Positions 18,040-27,842 are shown, numbered from the stretch's first letter. The stretch: 64,000 nucleotides of DNA from Candidatus Latescibacterota bacterium (GCA_965217585.1 OZ244561.1:2592001-2656000), one strand, 5' to 3'. Translations and numbers: made by a program. The notes: a model not told the origin generated them from the sequence alone.

Positions 18040-20496
18040 ATGATTGATATCGGCTATTTTGCCTTGTGCCTAGCGCTCCTAGCGTCCGGCTATGGGGTGC
18101 TGGCGTCGGCCCTCGGGGCAAGGCGTGGCCACTTGGGTCTGGTGCGCTCGGGCGAAAACGGGGTCTTGGCGACCTGCGCCCTGCTGACGCTAGCGGTTCT
18201 CGCCCTGTGGCACGCTCTCCTCTCTCACGACTTCCAAGTCGAGTACGTGGCCGAAAACAGCAACCGCGCCATGCCTTTGTTCTATTTAATGACGGCGCTG
18301 TGGGGTGGGCAGAACGGGTCGCTGTTGTTTTGGGGCTGGATCCTATCCATCTACTCAGCGGGCTTAGCGGCACTCTACCGCCAGCGCTATCGCGAATTGA
18401 TGCCCTATGCGCTGGCGACCCTATCCTTGACCAGCTTCTTCTTTTGCATCGTGCATCTGTTTGCCGCCGACCCGTTCCAGCGCCTGCCTTTCACGCCAGA
18501 GGACGGCCGCGGGCTCAACCCGATTCTACAACACCCCGTCATGGCCATTCACCCACCAATGCTTTACTTGGGGATGGTGGGCATGGTCGTACCCTTTGCC
18601 TTTGCCATCGCCGCGCTCTTGACCGGCAAATTGGACGCTACTTGGCTCCGCGCTTCGCGCCGCTGGATGCTCATTCCTTGGACCTTTCTCGGCTTCGGTC
18701 TCCTGCTAGGCGGCAAATGGGCCTATGTCGAACTGGGGTGGGGTGGATATTGGGGTTGGGATCCGGTAGAGAATTCCTCGCTGATGCCTTGGCTGGTCGC
18801 CACCGCGTTTCTGCACTCAATTATGATTCAAGAGCGCAAGGGCATGCTCAAGGTATGGAACGTGGCGCTGGCGATTCTCACCTACGCGCTGTGCATCTTC
18901 GGCACCTTTATGACCCGCAGCGGCATCATCTCCTCGGTTCACGCCTTTGCCCAATCCAATATCGGCCCTTTTTTTGGCACGTTCCTAGTCCTGACGCTGG
19001 TTTTTTCTTTTGGGCTTTTGTGGCTGCGGCGGCCCCTGCTCAAGGCCGAGAACCGCTTGGAATCTTTTGCCTCGCGCGAAACGGCTTTCTTGCTCAACAA
19101 CTGGATTCTCTTGGGGATGCTCTTCGCCGTTTTCTGGGGCACGGTCTTCCCTCTGGTCTCCGAAGCCTTGACCGACGAGCAAATCACGGTCGGCCCCCCC
19201 TTTTTCAACCAAGTCACGATTCCCATCGGCCTAGTGCTCTTGCTATTGACGGGCGCTGGTCCGCTTTTCGCTTGGCGCCGCACTTCAAGCGAAAGCCTGC
19301 GCAAAAACTTCATCCGCCCGGTGACGGCGAGCATACTTTCTTGCGGCGTCTTTTTTGCTCTCGGCGTGCGCGATCCCTATGTCGTGATGTCATTCGGGCT
19401 GTGCGTTTTCGTTCTCGTCGCGCTCACTTCCGAGTTCCACGCTGGCGCGCGGGCGCGGATGCACAGTACGGGCGAGCCTTATCCGGTGGCATTGTATCGC
19501 CTCTGCGCCAAGAGCCGGCGGCGTTACGGCGGGTATTTGACTCACCTCGGGCTGGTATTGCTCTTTGCTGGCTTCACCGGCAAAGCCTTTACCCAAGAAA
19601 CCGAAGTCGTCCTCGACCAGGGGGCTTCGCGTCAAGTCGGCGAATACCGGATGACCTTCGCGTCGCTGGCCTTCGCCGAAAACGCCAACCACAGCACGAC
19701 CGCCGCGGCCTTGGCTCTGCACCGCGGCGATCAATTCCTCGGCACACTGCTGCCGGAGCGACGCTACTACCCGGCTTTTGACCAAGGTACCACTGAAGTC
19801 TCCATTTACTCGACATGGCGCGAAGACTTTTATGTGATTCTGGTGGGATCTGCCGAGGACCAGAGCGCCAAATTCCAAATCTACATCAACCCGCTAATCA
19901 ACTTCGTATGGCTCGGTGCTGTCGTCCTAGTGCTTGGCGCACTGTGGGCGATGTGGCCCACGCCGCGAGACCGGCGGCTAGCCCGGGTCGATCGGGAAAC
20001 CGCAATGGACTCGGCCATCGCACGGAGGCCTCGTGCTTACGTGTCCGTGCTCGCTGCGTTGGCACTGGGCTTCTCGCCGGTAGGGGCGGCAACAACGGCG
20101 GAAATCAAAGGCGTGGCTGAGGAGTTGGTCTGTCTCTGCGGTAATTGTAACCGAGAGTCCCTAGCCACCTGTCTTTGTACCGACTTCGCTGTCCCCGAAC
20201 GAGAGGCGATTGGCTCAGCCCTAGACCAAGGCCAGACTCGGCAGCAGATCGTCGATGACTATGTAGCACGTTTTGGCCTGATGGTCTTAGCCACCCCCCC
20301 GCACGAGGGCTTTAACTTGCTAGCTTGGGTCGCGCCCTTTTTGGTTCTTTTGTTTGGCGTCGCCTTAGTACGCACACTGCTAGTTCGCTGGAAGAACCCA
20401 AGCCAAGCACCTCTACAATCCAAGCCCTTGCCGGCCAACCGCAGCCAAGACGCGGATCGCCTGAGACGAGAGTTGAATCACTACGGCGATGATTAG
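18040..20496 (+). CDS. ccmF: Heme lyase CcmF fused to a C-terminal CcmH-like domain
   Basis: WGGQNGSLLFW, HPPMLY, WAYVELGWGGYWGWDPVEN, SVHAF, then LVCLCGNC..YVARFG..LAWVAP. Confidence 0.93.
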   Translation: MIDIGYFALCLALLASGYGVLASALGARRGHLGLVRSGENGVLATCALLTLAVLALWHALLSHDFQVEYVAENSNRAMPLFYLMTALWGGQNGSLLFWGWILSIYSAGLAALYRQRYRELMPYALATLSLTSFFFCIVHLFAADPFQRLPFTPEDGRGLNPILQHPVMAIHPPMLYLGMVGMVVPFAFAIAALLTGKLDATWLRASRRWMLIPWTFLGFGLLLGGKWAYVELGWGGYWGWDPVENSSLMPWLVATAFLHSIMIQERKGMLKVWNVALAILTYALCIFGTFMTRSGIISSVHAFAQSNIGPFFGTFLVLTLVFSFGLLWLRRPLLKAENRLESFASRETAFLLNNWILLGMLFAVFWGTVFPLVSEALTDEQITVGPPFFNQVTIPIGLVLLLLTGAGPLFAWRRTSSESLRKNFIRPVTASILSCGVFFALGVRDPYVVMSFGLCVFVLVALTSEFHAGARARMHSTGEPYPVALYRLCAKSRRRYGGYLTHLGLVLLFAGFTGKAFTQETEVVLDQGASRQVGEYRMTFASLAFAENANHSTTAAALALHRGDQFLGTLLPERRYYPAFDQGTTEVSIYSTWREDFYVILVGSAEDQSAKFQIYINPLINFVWLGAVVLVLGALWAMWPTPRDRRLARVDRETAMDSAIARRPRAYVSVLAALALGFSPVGAATTAEIKGVAEELVCLCGNCNRESLATCLCTDFAVPEREAIGSALDQGQTRQQIVDDYVARFGLMVLATPPHEGFNLLAWVAPFLVLLFGVALVRTLLVRWKNPSQAPLQSKPLPANRSQDADRLRRELNHYGDD

Positions 20497-20535
20497 TTCG
20501 ACCGAACCGGTGCGGGCAGGCAAGGGCTATGTGTA

Positions 20536-20973
20536 ATGAACGCGATGGGACTCTTACCCATATTATGTTCACTTGTCCTGCTGTTGGGGCTGTTGCTCTA
20601 TCTAGGATATCCCCTCTTAACGAGCGGGCGAGTGGGCGCGGCGAGCGGGCAGACGCGACAACTCTTTGAGCGCAAGGAGCAGCTCTTGGGCGAAATCGTC
20701 GAGCTGGAATTTGACCACGAGCTCGGGAAAGTATCCGCAGAGGATTTTCAACGCCTCTTCGCCGAGTTGGAGGCCGAGACGCTGGCGGTTATAGACGAGT
20801 TGGATCGGCTCAACGGCGCGAGTAGCTATCAACGCGAACGACGCATAGAGGAGGAGGTCGCGGCTCTGCGCCAAAAGACCGCCGTTCCCCGTTGCCGCGG
20901 CTGCGGGACTGTGCGCCGCGAGGGCGATCTGTTCTGTCCTCAATGCGGGGCCTCTTTAGTGGAATATAGCTGA
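20536..20973 (+). CDS. Membrane-anchored coiled-coil / zinc-ribbon protein (CcmI N-terminus-like)
   Basis: TM helix, ELEFDHELGKVSAEDF, CRGCG..FCPQCG. Confidence 0.75.
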   Translation: MNAMGLLPILCSLVLLLGLLLYLGYPLLTSGRVGAASGQTRQLFERKEQLLGEIVELEFDHELGKVSAEDFQRLFAELEAETLAVIDELDRLNGASSYQRERRIEEEVAALRQKTAVPRCRGCGTVRREGDLFCPQCGASLVEYS

Positions 20974-20976
20974 GCC

Positions 20977-22050
20977 ATGGTCCTGCGCTTGCTTTGCGCG
21001 GCAATCGTCCTTTGCGCTTCCGATCTGTGGGGCGCGGAGATCAACGGTTATGTACTCAACCCCTTCACCCAAGCGCGAATCCCAAGCATTCCCGTGGCCT
21101 TCTACGTCCGCCAAGACGGACAGATCCTCGAGATGCTACGCAAGGAGACCGACGCCGAGGGGCGCTTCTCTTTTGCCGGCCCCTTTCTGCAGAGCGGACT
21201 CCACTTCGGGCTGGCTGCCTTCTACGATGGCATCCCTTACTTCTCTGCGACCCTTGAGGCCGGCGCGCAACAACAGATCATCCTCGAGGTTTACGAAAAA
21301 ACCGATGATCCCTCCGGCATCCGAATCGGTACCCATCATCTCTTTTTTTCTGTACGCGAGGACGCGATTGAGTGTGTCCAGCTCCTGCAAATTCACAATA
21401 CGCTAGAGCGCACTTATTCAGGTAGCGGCGACGGGCGTGAGCGTCGAGTGACCGAACTTGCCTTGCCAACGGGCATCTTCAACCTCCAAAGCCACTCGGG
21501 TCTGCTCCACCAAGCCGGAGAAGGCAGTTTCTTCGACAACCAGCCTCTGCCTCCAGGCCGCTCGCAGCGGAGTTTTTCTTTTAATCTCGACCCACGGAAC
21601 TTCGCCAGTCCCTATGTGCATCAGGCGATCTATCCTACCGACCGCTTGGAGGTTTTTCTCGACCCTCCTTCCATTGAGATCAAACCACCCTTTATCGACC
21701 TAGGTGTTATCGAGCAGCACGGCCGCCAGTACCGGAAGATTGCCATAGAAAATATACAGCCAAGCCAGCAGGTGGCGATCCCCTTACCCCTCACTCCCTC
21801 GCTGCGTTGGTCGCTCAAGTGGGCCGCGCTGGCGGGCGCATTCCTCGTCGGCGGTGTCGCGCTGGCATTGAGCCGCCAACACTCAAGCTCCGATCACACC
21901 CACGCACTGGAACGGCGACAGCATTTCATTGAGGAACTCGCTCGGATCGACGACGCTTTTGCCGGTCGGCCCGAAGATCCGCATTACATTGACCAGCGGG
22001 CGCGTCTAATGCGCGAAGCTGTTGCCCTGACTCAAGCACTTGAAGTGTGA
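20977..22050 (+). CDS. Secreted/membrane protein with a carboxypeptidase-regulatory-like domain, ccm-associated
   Basis: Signal peptide, TDAEGRFSF motif, C-terminal TM helix and helical tail; lies inside the ccm operon. Confidence 0.7.
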   Translation: MVLRLLCAAIVLCASDLWGAEINGYVLNPFTQARIPSIPVAFYVRQDGQILEMLRKETDAEGRFSFAGPFLQSGLHFGLAAFYDGIPYFSATLEAGAQQQIILEVYEKTDDPSGIRIGTHHLFFSVREDAIECVQLLQIHNTLERTYSGSGDGRERRVTELALPTGIFNLQSHSGLLHQAGEGSFFDNQPLPPGRSQRSFSFNLDPRNFASPYVHQAIYPTDRLEVFLDPPSIEIKPPFIDLGVIEQHGRQYRKIAIENIQPSQQVAIPLPLTPSLRWSLKWAALAGAFLVGGVALALSRQHSSSDHTHALERRQHFIEELARIDDAFAGRPEDPHYIDQRARLMREAVALTQALEV

Positions 22051-22763
22051 TGGATGGAGACGGCACCATCGTCCTAGCGGGTGCTGCCAAGCGCTTCGGC
22101 ACCCACACAGCCCTGCATCCCACCAATCTGGTCATCCCGCGAGGCCAAGCGGTGCTGCTCGTTGGTGCCAATGGCGCGGGCAAGAGTACTCTGCTGCGGC
22201 TGATGGCCGGCCTCTGCCGACCTTCGGAGGGGAGCGTGAGGATCAACGGTCGCGATCCCCAACGCATTCCCGCAGCACGGGCTGAGATCGGCCTACTCTC
22301 GCATCAGACTTTGCTCTATGACGAACTGACGGCGAGAGAGAACTTGCTCTTCTTCGCCCAGCTCTATGGATTGGACAACCCGGACGAAAGGCTCACTGCG
22401 GCCTTAGAGGCTGTTGGCCTGAACGAGCAGCTCAACCAGCGCGTAGGTTCGTTCTCTCGCGGTATGAAGCAACGTCTGGCTATTGCCCGTGCTATCCTGC
22501 ATTGCCCCTCTATCCTCCTGCTTGACGAGCCGTTTACCGGCCTCGACATCGGTGCCAGCGCTGCATTACACCGCCTCTTGCGCCGCCTTCGGCAAGAGGG
22601 GCGTACCTGCATCTTGGTAACTCATCGCCTCGACGAGGCCGATGGCCTAGTGGATCGCCTGCTGGTGATCGAACGCGGGCAATGGCGCTTGGACCAAACC
22701 CTGACGGATGATCTGGACCAGCTGCGCAAGCTCTGCGCGCCCTATCTCGACGCCGACTCATGA
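22047..22763 (+). CDS. ccmA: Heme exporter ATPase CcmA
   Basis: GANGAGKST, FSRGMKQR, LLDEP; operon context. Confidence 0.92.
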   Translation: MMDGDGTIVLAGAAKRFGTHTALHPTNLVIPRGQAVLLVGANGAGKSTLLRLMAGLCRPSEGSVRINGRDPQRIPAARAEIGLLSHQTLLYDELTARENLLFFAQLYGLDNPDERLTAALEAVGLNEQLNQRVGSFSRGMKQRLAIARAILHCPSILLLDEPFTGLDIGASAALHRLLRRLRQEGRTCILVTHRLDEADGLVDRLLVIERGQWRLDQTLTDDLDQLRKLCAPYLDADS

Positions 22764-23437
22764 ACTTTTTAGGACGAGCACTGGCGATACTGCGCAAGGA
22801 CCTGAAGGCCGAGTGGCGTACTAAGGCACGTCTCAGCCCGATGGTCTTCTTTATACTGTTAATGTTGTTGGTATTCAACTTCTCCTTCGATCTAGGCGGG
22901 GCCGCTCTGCGCGAGATTGGGCCTGGTACACTCTGGTCGTCTTATGTCTTCGCCAGCCTGCTGAGTCTGGGCCGCTCTTTTGCTGACGAACGCGAAAACG
23001 ACGCGCTCGACGCGCTACTGTTAGCACCAGGGGACCGCGGTTCCATCTACCTAGGTAAAATGCTGGGCAATTTTGTTTTTCTTCTAGCGATCGAATTGCT
23101 GAGTTTGCCCTTTTTCGCCCTCTTCTTTAATCTGTCCCTGAGCTTCTTCTTGCTCCCCCTGCTGGCCGTCTTCGTCCTAGGATCGGCTTGTATGGCATCG
23201 GTGGGCACGCTCTTTGCGGCACTGTCGAACAACATGCGGTTGCGCGAGCTACTGCTGCCTCTCCTGCTCTTGCCCATGATCTTGCCGGCGCTGATTTCCT
23301 GCGTGGAGGCGACGGGGCTAGTGCTAGCCAATGACTGCTGCGAAAAGCTCTTCCCGCACCTGCAAATGTTGGGGGTATACGCGGTAGTTTTCACGGTGCT
23401 CTCGCTAATGCTCTTTGAATACACAATCGAGGAATGA
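22760..23437 (+). CDS. ccmB: Heme exporter permease CcmB
   Basis: KDLKAEWR, FADERENDALD, RELLLPLLLLP. Confidence 0.92.
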   Translation: MNFLGRALAILRKDLKAEWRTKARLSPMVFFILLMLLVFNFSFDLGGAALREIGPGTLWSSYVFASLLSLGRSFADERENDALDALLLAPGDRGSIYLGKMLGNFVFLLAIELLSLPFFALFFNLSLSFFLLPLLAVFVLGSACMASVGTLFAALSNNMRLRELLLPLLLLPMILPALISCVEATGLVLANDCCEKLFPHLQMLGVYAVVFTVLSLMLFEYTIEE

Positions 23438-24105
23438 TGCGTTCGGTCCCATCCCCCTGTTTGGTTTTCGTGGTCATGCTCGTCGCCTTGGGCGCAGTTT
23501 TTCTGTGGGTACCCACGGAAAAAGAAATGGGAATCGTCCAGCGAATCTTTTATTTTCACGTGCCGGCAGCGTTTTCTTCGTTTCTGGCCTTTTTTTTGGT
23601 ATTCGTCGGCAGTGTACAGTATCTGCGCACCCGTGAGGACAAGTGGGATCGCCTAGCGCTATGCTCCGCCGAATTGGGCGTGATCTTTGCGTTGATCGTG
23701 CTGATCACTGGGCCCTTATGGGCCAAACCGATCTGGGGGGTTTACTGGCGATGGGAGCCGCGCCTGACCTCAATGCTGATTACTTTCACCATCTACGTGG
23801 CCTACCTAATGGTGCGAGGATACGGGGCTCACTCTACCTCAGTACAACGCACCAGTGCTGTACTGGGCATTCTCGCCTTCGCCAATGTTCCATTGGTATA
23901 CTATGCTGTCGATCTGTGGGCCGCCGACCAACAGCTACACCCGCCGCGCAACGTAGAACTCGAGCCGACGATGCAATACACCAAGTGGATCTGCTGCGCA
24001 GCTTTCTTCCTGCTGCTCTTTTGCCTCCTAGCGCAACGCATGGAACTAGCCCGCATCGAAAAAGCCGTGGCACTCCTGCGGCAAAAACTAATTGACGAAA
24101 CATAA
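23434..24105 (+). CDS. ccmC: Heme exporter CcmC
   Basis: RIFYFHVP, WAKPIWGVYWRWEPRLT, LHP. Confidence 0.93.
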   Translation: MMRSVPSPCLVFVVMLVALGAVFLWVPTEKEMGIVQRIFYFHVPAAFSSFLAFFLVFVGSVQYLRTREDKWDRLALCSAELGVIFALIVLITGPLWAKPIWGVYWRWEPRLTSMLITFTIYVAYLMVRGYGAHSTSVQRTSAVLGILAFANVPLVYYAVDLWAADQQLHPPRNVELEPTMQYTKWICCAAFFLLLFCLLAQRMELARIEKAVALLRQKLIDET

Positions 24106-24111
24106 GAGACT

Positions 24112-24291
24112 ATGGACAATCTCCACTACTTGTTTGCCGCCTTTGCTGCCGTGTGGATCGTGCTTTTTGCCTATTTGGCTCGCTTAAGCCGGCGCACCGG
24201 GGAACTAGGCCGCCAACTCGCAGAACTTGAGCTGAAGCTGAGGAACAAAGAGGGCGATTTGCCGGATGGGCAAGAGACACAAGTTGGTTGA
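24112..24291 (+). CDS. ccmD: CcmD-family small membrane protein (59 aa)
   Basis: Below the ORF-track cutoff: MDNLHYLFAAFAAVWIVLFAYLARLSRR..., immediately after ccmC. Confidence 0.85.
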   Translation: MDNLHYLFAAFAAVWIVLFAYLARLSRRTGELGRQLAELELKLRNKEGDLPDGQETQVG

Positions 24292-24317
24292 CACCTGCTT
24301 TGAGGTCGTATTATATT
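24288..24317 (+). promoter_or_regulatory. Putative sigma-70 promoter for the DUF151 pair
   Basis: TTGACA-N18-TATATT. Confidence 0.55.
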
Positions 24318-24362
24318 TCACAGGTCAATTGGCAATCGCCTATTAAACCGCAGTGTACCGCT

Positions 24363-24977
24363 ATGGTTCTGATGGAAGTCAAGGGGGTCTTAAGCAGCAA
24401 ATCTCAATCTTTATACCCTGAAGTAGTACTCAAAGAAGTCGAAGGCAACTATTACCTGCGCATTGTCATCGGCCGCTTCGAGGCAGCAGCCATTTCTATG
24501 GCCCACAGCAAGCGACAACCCGCGCGACCCATCAGTTATGACCTAGCCCATCAGATTCTCGCCGACGTCGACGCCCGGGTAGTCCGGGTCGAAATCACTG
24601 ACTTTAACTTACGCGAAAGAACGTACTACGCAGAGATTCACCTCGTCGACGACGAGGGCAAGACTCATACGCTCGACGCACGTCCAAGCGATGCAATTGC
24701 CCTAGCTTTGCGCTTTCGAGCGCCGATCTACGCCGACGTCGAGATCCTCAAAGAAGTGGGCTGCGTTCGCTCTGACGACGAGGAATGGGTTAAGGCTGAC
24801 GTTGAAGCCATCACCAAACCCGTGGCCGCACCGCGGGAAGAGCATCCTACCATCGCCGCACCAGCCATCAATCAGCTAGAACAACTCAAAAGACGCATGC
24901 GCCAAGCCGTTGCCGAAGAAGTTTACGAGGAGGCGGCGCGGCTTCGCGACGAGATTAGTCGTTTCCAACAGGGATGA
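24363..24977 (+). CDS. Bifunctional nuclease (DUF151) with C-terminal UVR motif, paralog 1
   Basis: IGRFEAAAI, RPISYDL, DARPSDAIALAL, YEEAARLRDEI. Confidence 0.9.
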   Translation: MVLMEVKGVLSSKSQSLYPEVVLKEVEGNYYLRIVIGRFEAAAISMAHSKRQPARPISYDLAHQILADVDARVVRVEITDFNLRERTYYAEIHLVDDEGKTHTLDARPSDAIALALRFRAPIYADVEILKEVGCVRSDDEEWVKADVEAITKPVAAPREEHPTIAAPAINQLEQLKRRMRQAVAEEVYEEAARLRDEISRFQQG

Positions 24978-24980
24978 TTA

Positions 24981-25676
24981 ATGGGAACTTCCTCTTTAGT
25001 CGAGATGACCGTAGTCAAGGTTAGCCCCTATTTGCGCGAGGACAGGCCCTTGGTATGGTTGAGCGAGAAGAAAGGTAAACTCCCACGGCTCCTGCCCATT
25101 CCCATTGGCGAATTTGAAGCGGCCGCCATTAGGATGCGGCTAGAAAACGATGGGCCTATACGCCCGATTTCCTACGACTTGCTCTCTTCTATGGTCAACT
25201 ACCTTGCGATAAGTGTGCGCCAAGTTGTCATTCACAACGTGCACCGCTCAATTTACTACGCGAGGGTCGTCATTGAGAAGAATCACACAATAAAAGACAT
25301 CGACGCACGTCCCAGCGACGCAATCGCTTTGGCCTTGCGCACTGATTCGCCTATCTACGTTTCTCATACGTTGCTTGACGAGGTGGGCTTGGAGCCTTTG
25401 GAGACTGACTTGGACGTTGAACACACACTGAACCGCTTCTATGAGTTTGAAGCGCAGATTTCTAAATCGTTCAAGATAGAAGCAGAGACAGCCAACATCC
25501 GTCCACCGAAGCGGAAAGCCGAAGATGCCGAAGCTCAACTGCCCCCCAAAAGAGAGAAAGACGAACTCAGCCTGCTTCAGCACCAGCTACAGCAGGCCGT
25601 TATCTGCGAAGAATACGAAGAAGCTGCCCGGCTACGCGACGCCATCGAATTGCTCGTTAATAAAGCCAAGCGCTGA
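24981..25676 (+). CDS. Bifunctional nuclease (DUF151) with C-terminal UVR motif, paralog 2
   Basis: LPIPIGEFEAAAI, RPISYDL, DARPSDAIALAL, EEYEEAARLRD. Confidence 0.9.
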   Translation: MGTSSLVEMTVVKVSPYLREDRPLVWLSEKKGKLPRLLPIPIGEFEAAAIRMRLENDGPIRPISYDLLSSMVNYLAISVRQVVIHNVHRSIYYARVVIEKNHTIKDIDARPSDAIALALRTDSPIYVSHTLLDEVGLEPLETDLDVEHTLNRFYEFEAQISKSFKIEAETANIRPPKRKAEDAEAQLPPKREKDELSLLQHQLQQAVICEEYEEAARLRDAIELLVNKAKR

Positions 25677-25757
25677 AGCCCTATCTGAGTGGACGCAGAC
25701 GTAGTTCCTACCAAGTAGTTGAAGTTGCTCAAGATACTGATCCGTGCGCTGGACACT

Positions 25758-26213
25758 ATGGCCCTACAACCCTTCCTTTGTCTCGCCCTTTTCATCCTTC
25801 ACGGCTGCCATAGCGAAGAAGTAGATCAACGCTTCTCCCATCCGGCCCAGACCTTCCAGACCTATAAGTACGCGCTAGAAGACAGCGACTTTGACCTGCT
25901 TTGGGAATGTTTCAATTCTTCGCAAATGGAGGGAGAAGATCGTCAGGGCTTTGTCGAACGATGGCGGCAAAAGACGCCAGCCGAGATAACGGCTCAACTG
26001 CGGCGAGAAATCGCCGAAGAGCGCATCATCAACGAGCGCATAGGTTACTTACTCTTCGATTCCTCTACGCTAGGCGATGAGCGCGCGTCTCCATTCTTTT
26101 ATTTTCTTCGCGATTCCAGTGGTTGGAAAATTACTTCCCACTTAGACAGCACCTTCCATCAAGAGTTAGAGCAAGCCATTGAGCGCGGCGAGTACAAATT
26201 ACCCGACTTCTAA
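25758..26213 (+). CDS. Hypothetical lipoprotein
   Basis: Lipobox LHGC; GWKI motif typical of NTF2-like folds. Confidence 0.65.
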   Translation: MALQPFLCLALFILHGCHSEEVDQRFSHPAQTFQTYKYALEDSDFDLLWECFNSSQMEGEDRQGFVERWRQKTPAEITAQLRREIAEERIINERIGYLLFDSSTLGDERASPFFYFLRDSSGWKITSHLDSTFHQELEQAIERGEYKLPDF

Positions 26214-26247
26214 CTCCTTCCCTTCCCTTCAGACATTAACTCTTTTA

Positions 26248-27819
26248 GAGCTGGTTTCAAAACTCTCATAGGGGTTACGGTTGAATATATCGGTGGGTTA
26301 GGCGTATTTTTCGATCATCGAAAAGGAGCGGTGCGATGGTCGAGTATACCGGTGAAGTCACCGAGGCCCAATGGGCCAAAATTGAGCCTTTGTTGCCCCA
26401 ACGACCCCGTTCGCCGAAAGGGGGCCGTACCCGCATCCCCGATCGCGCGGTGTTGGAAGGGATTTTATGGGTCTTATACCGTTTTGCTAATCGTATGTCC
26501 TAATGTTGGCTGTGGCCTCTCGCCACCAAGAGAATCGGGTGAGTTGTACCAATCGCTGGGTGTGTTCCCAGTAGGGTTGCAATAGCCTGGGTCAAGGCTT
26601 GGTCCAGCGCGTCGATGGTGGCAAAGAGCTGATTGGATAACGTGGCTCGCAAGGCTTCAAACCACCGCTCGACCGGATTCAACTCGGGACTATAGGGCGG
26701 CAAGAGCAGGGCTGTATATGCTCCGGCCATACCATGGTTTGGCTGAGATGACTGCCGGCCTGATCCATAACCAAGAGGAGGCAATCATCGGCATAGCTCC
26801 GACTCAATTCATCGATAAACCGTTGAAAACAGACGGTATCCAGATACGGCAGATATAGACAGCAACTGGCCTCGGTGTCCGGCTCGACGGCGGCATACCG
26901 CCACAACCATTCATAGCGATCCTGGACGATCCAAGGCGGACGATATCCACAGGGACCCCAGCGTCGTCGAGGCCCGCTTTTCAAGCCGAAACGCGCTTCA
27001 TCCAAGGCGAAGACTCGCAGGGGCGATCCCCCACCGACGTGGCCGTCTGGCGGAGGTGAGGACCGAAGTTATTTTTTAAACGCGCCCTGCGCTTTCGCCG
27101 AAGCGTGGGCGTGCTGACGGCGACCCGTTTTGAGCTTGATGCGATGGCGTTTACACCAGCGCGACAGCCCGCTGACGCCCTGATAGACGATACCAAACTG
27201 CTGCTGCAGGAAGCTACGGGCCTCTTCCAAGGTGGCAATCTGTCCGGCTTGCATCGCCGTTTCCAGTCCCTGGCGTGCTTCGGCGGTAATGGACTCACGG
27301 CGTCCGCCCCTACCTTGATCCGCTAGCAGACCGGCCAAGCCCTGCTGCTGATACCGCTGCCACCACCGACGTAAGGTCCGATCACTATGGCCCAGAAGGG
27401 GTGCCAATTGGGTCTGGCTGCGATAGCGACCACTTTTGAGCAAGACGCAGCATTTTAACGCGATCCGCTACGGCGGACGTGCGCAGGCGTCTCTCCTGGG
27501 CAAGGAGGGTATCTACGCTTTCTTGAATCCGATCAGGATAATGAATCCACATAAGTCGCTCCCAACAAAAAGGGGGGATTGCGATTGCGGTGCCGCGCAA
27601 CGGGCCGGGCCGACCGCGCAGTCGCGGACAGAGCCTTAGCGGCAGGACGGTCGAAAGCTGCGGCGATACAAACGGCGATACCGCATTGAGCGTACTATCG
27701 GGTGGCTGAGTAGCTTCCGCCGATTGGTCACTCGGTATGAGCGGAAAAGCTCGATGTTGCGCGCCTTTGTTCATCTCGCTTGTATGCTTATCACCGTAAG
27801 GCAGTTTTGAAACCAGCTT
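26248..27819 (+). mobile_element. Degenerate IS5-family element, interrupted by IS630 and internally deleted
   Basis: 16-bp inverted repeats AGCTGGTTTCAAAACT (26249-26264 and 27803-27818) flanked by TA. N-terminal MVEYTGEVTEAQWAKIEPLLP..ILWVL from 26336; C-terminal RYKRRYRIERTIGWL..RYERK ending at 27810. Confidence 0.88.
26477..27570 (-). mobile_element. IS630-family element, frameshifted, with one end lost
   Basis: HTH orfA from 27552 with TTTAAAAAA slippery site; DEARFG, DQAGSH and LPPYSPELNPVE catalytic motifs; inserted after a TA in the IS5 ORF. Confidence 0.88.
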
Positions 27820-27842
27820 TAGTCGATGGCTCCCCTAATCCA

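Noticed and set aside
18066-19781. 571-aa alternative-frame ORF inside ccmF
   Set aside because: Arg/Pro/Ala-rich with no motifs; expected off-frame openness in a GC-rich hydrophobic gene.
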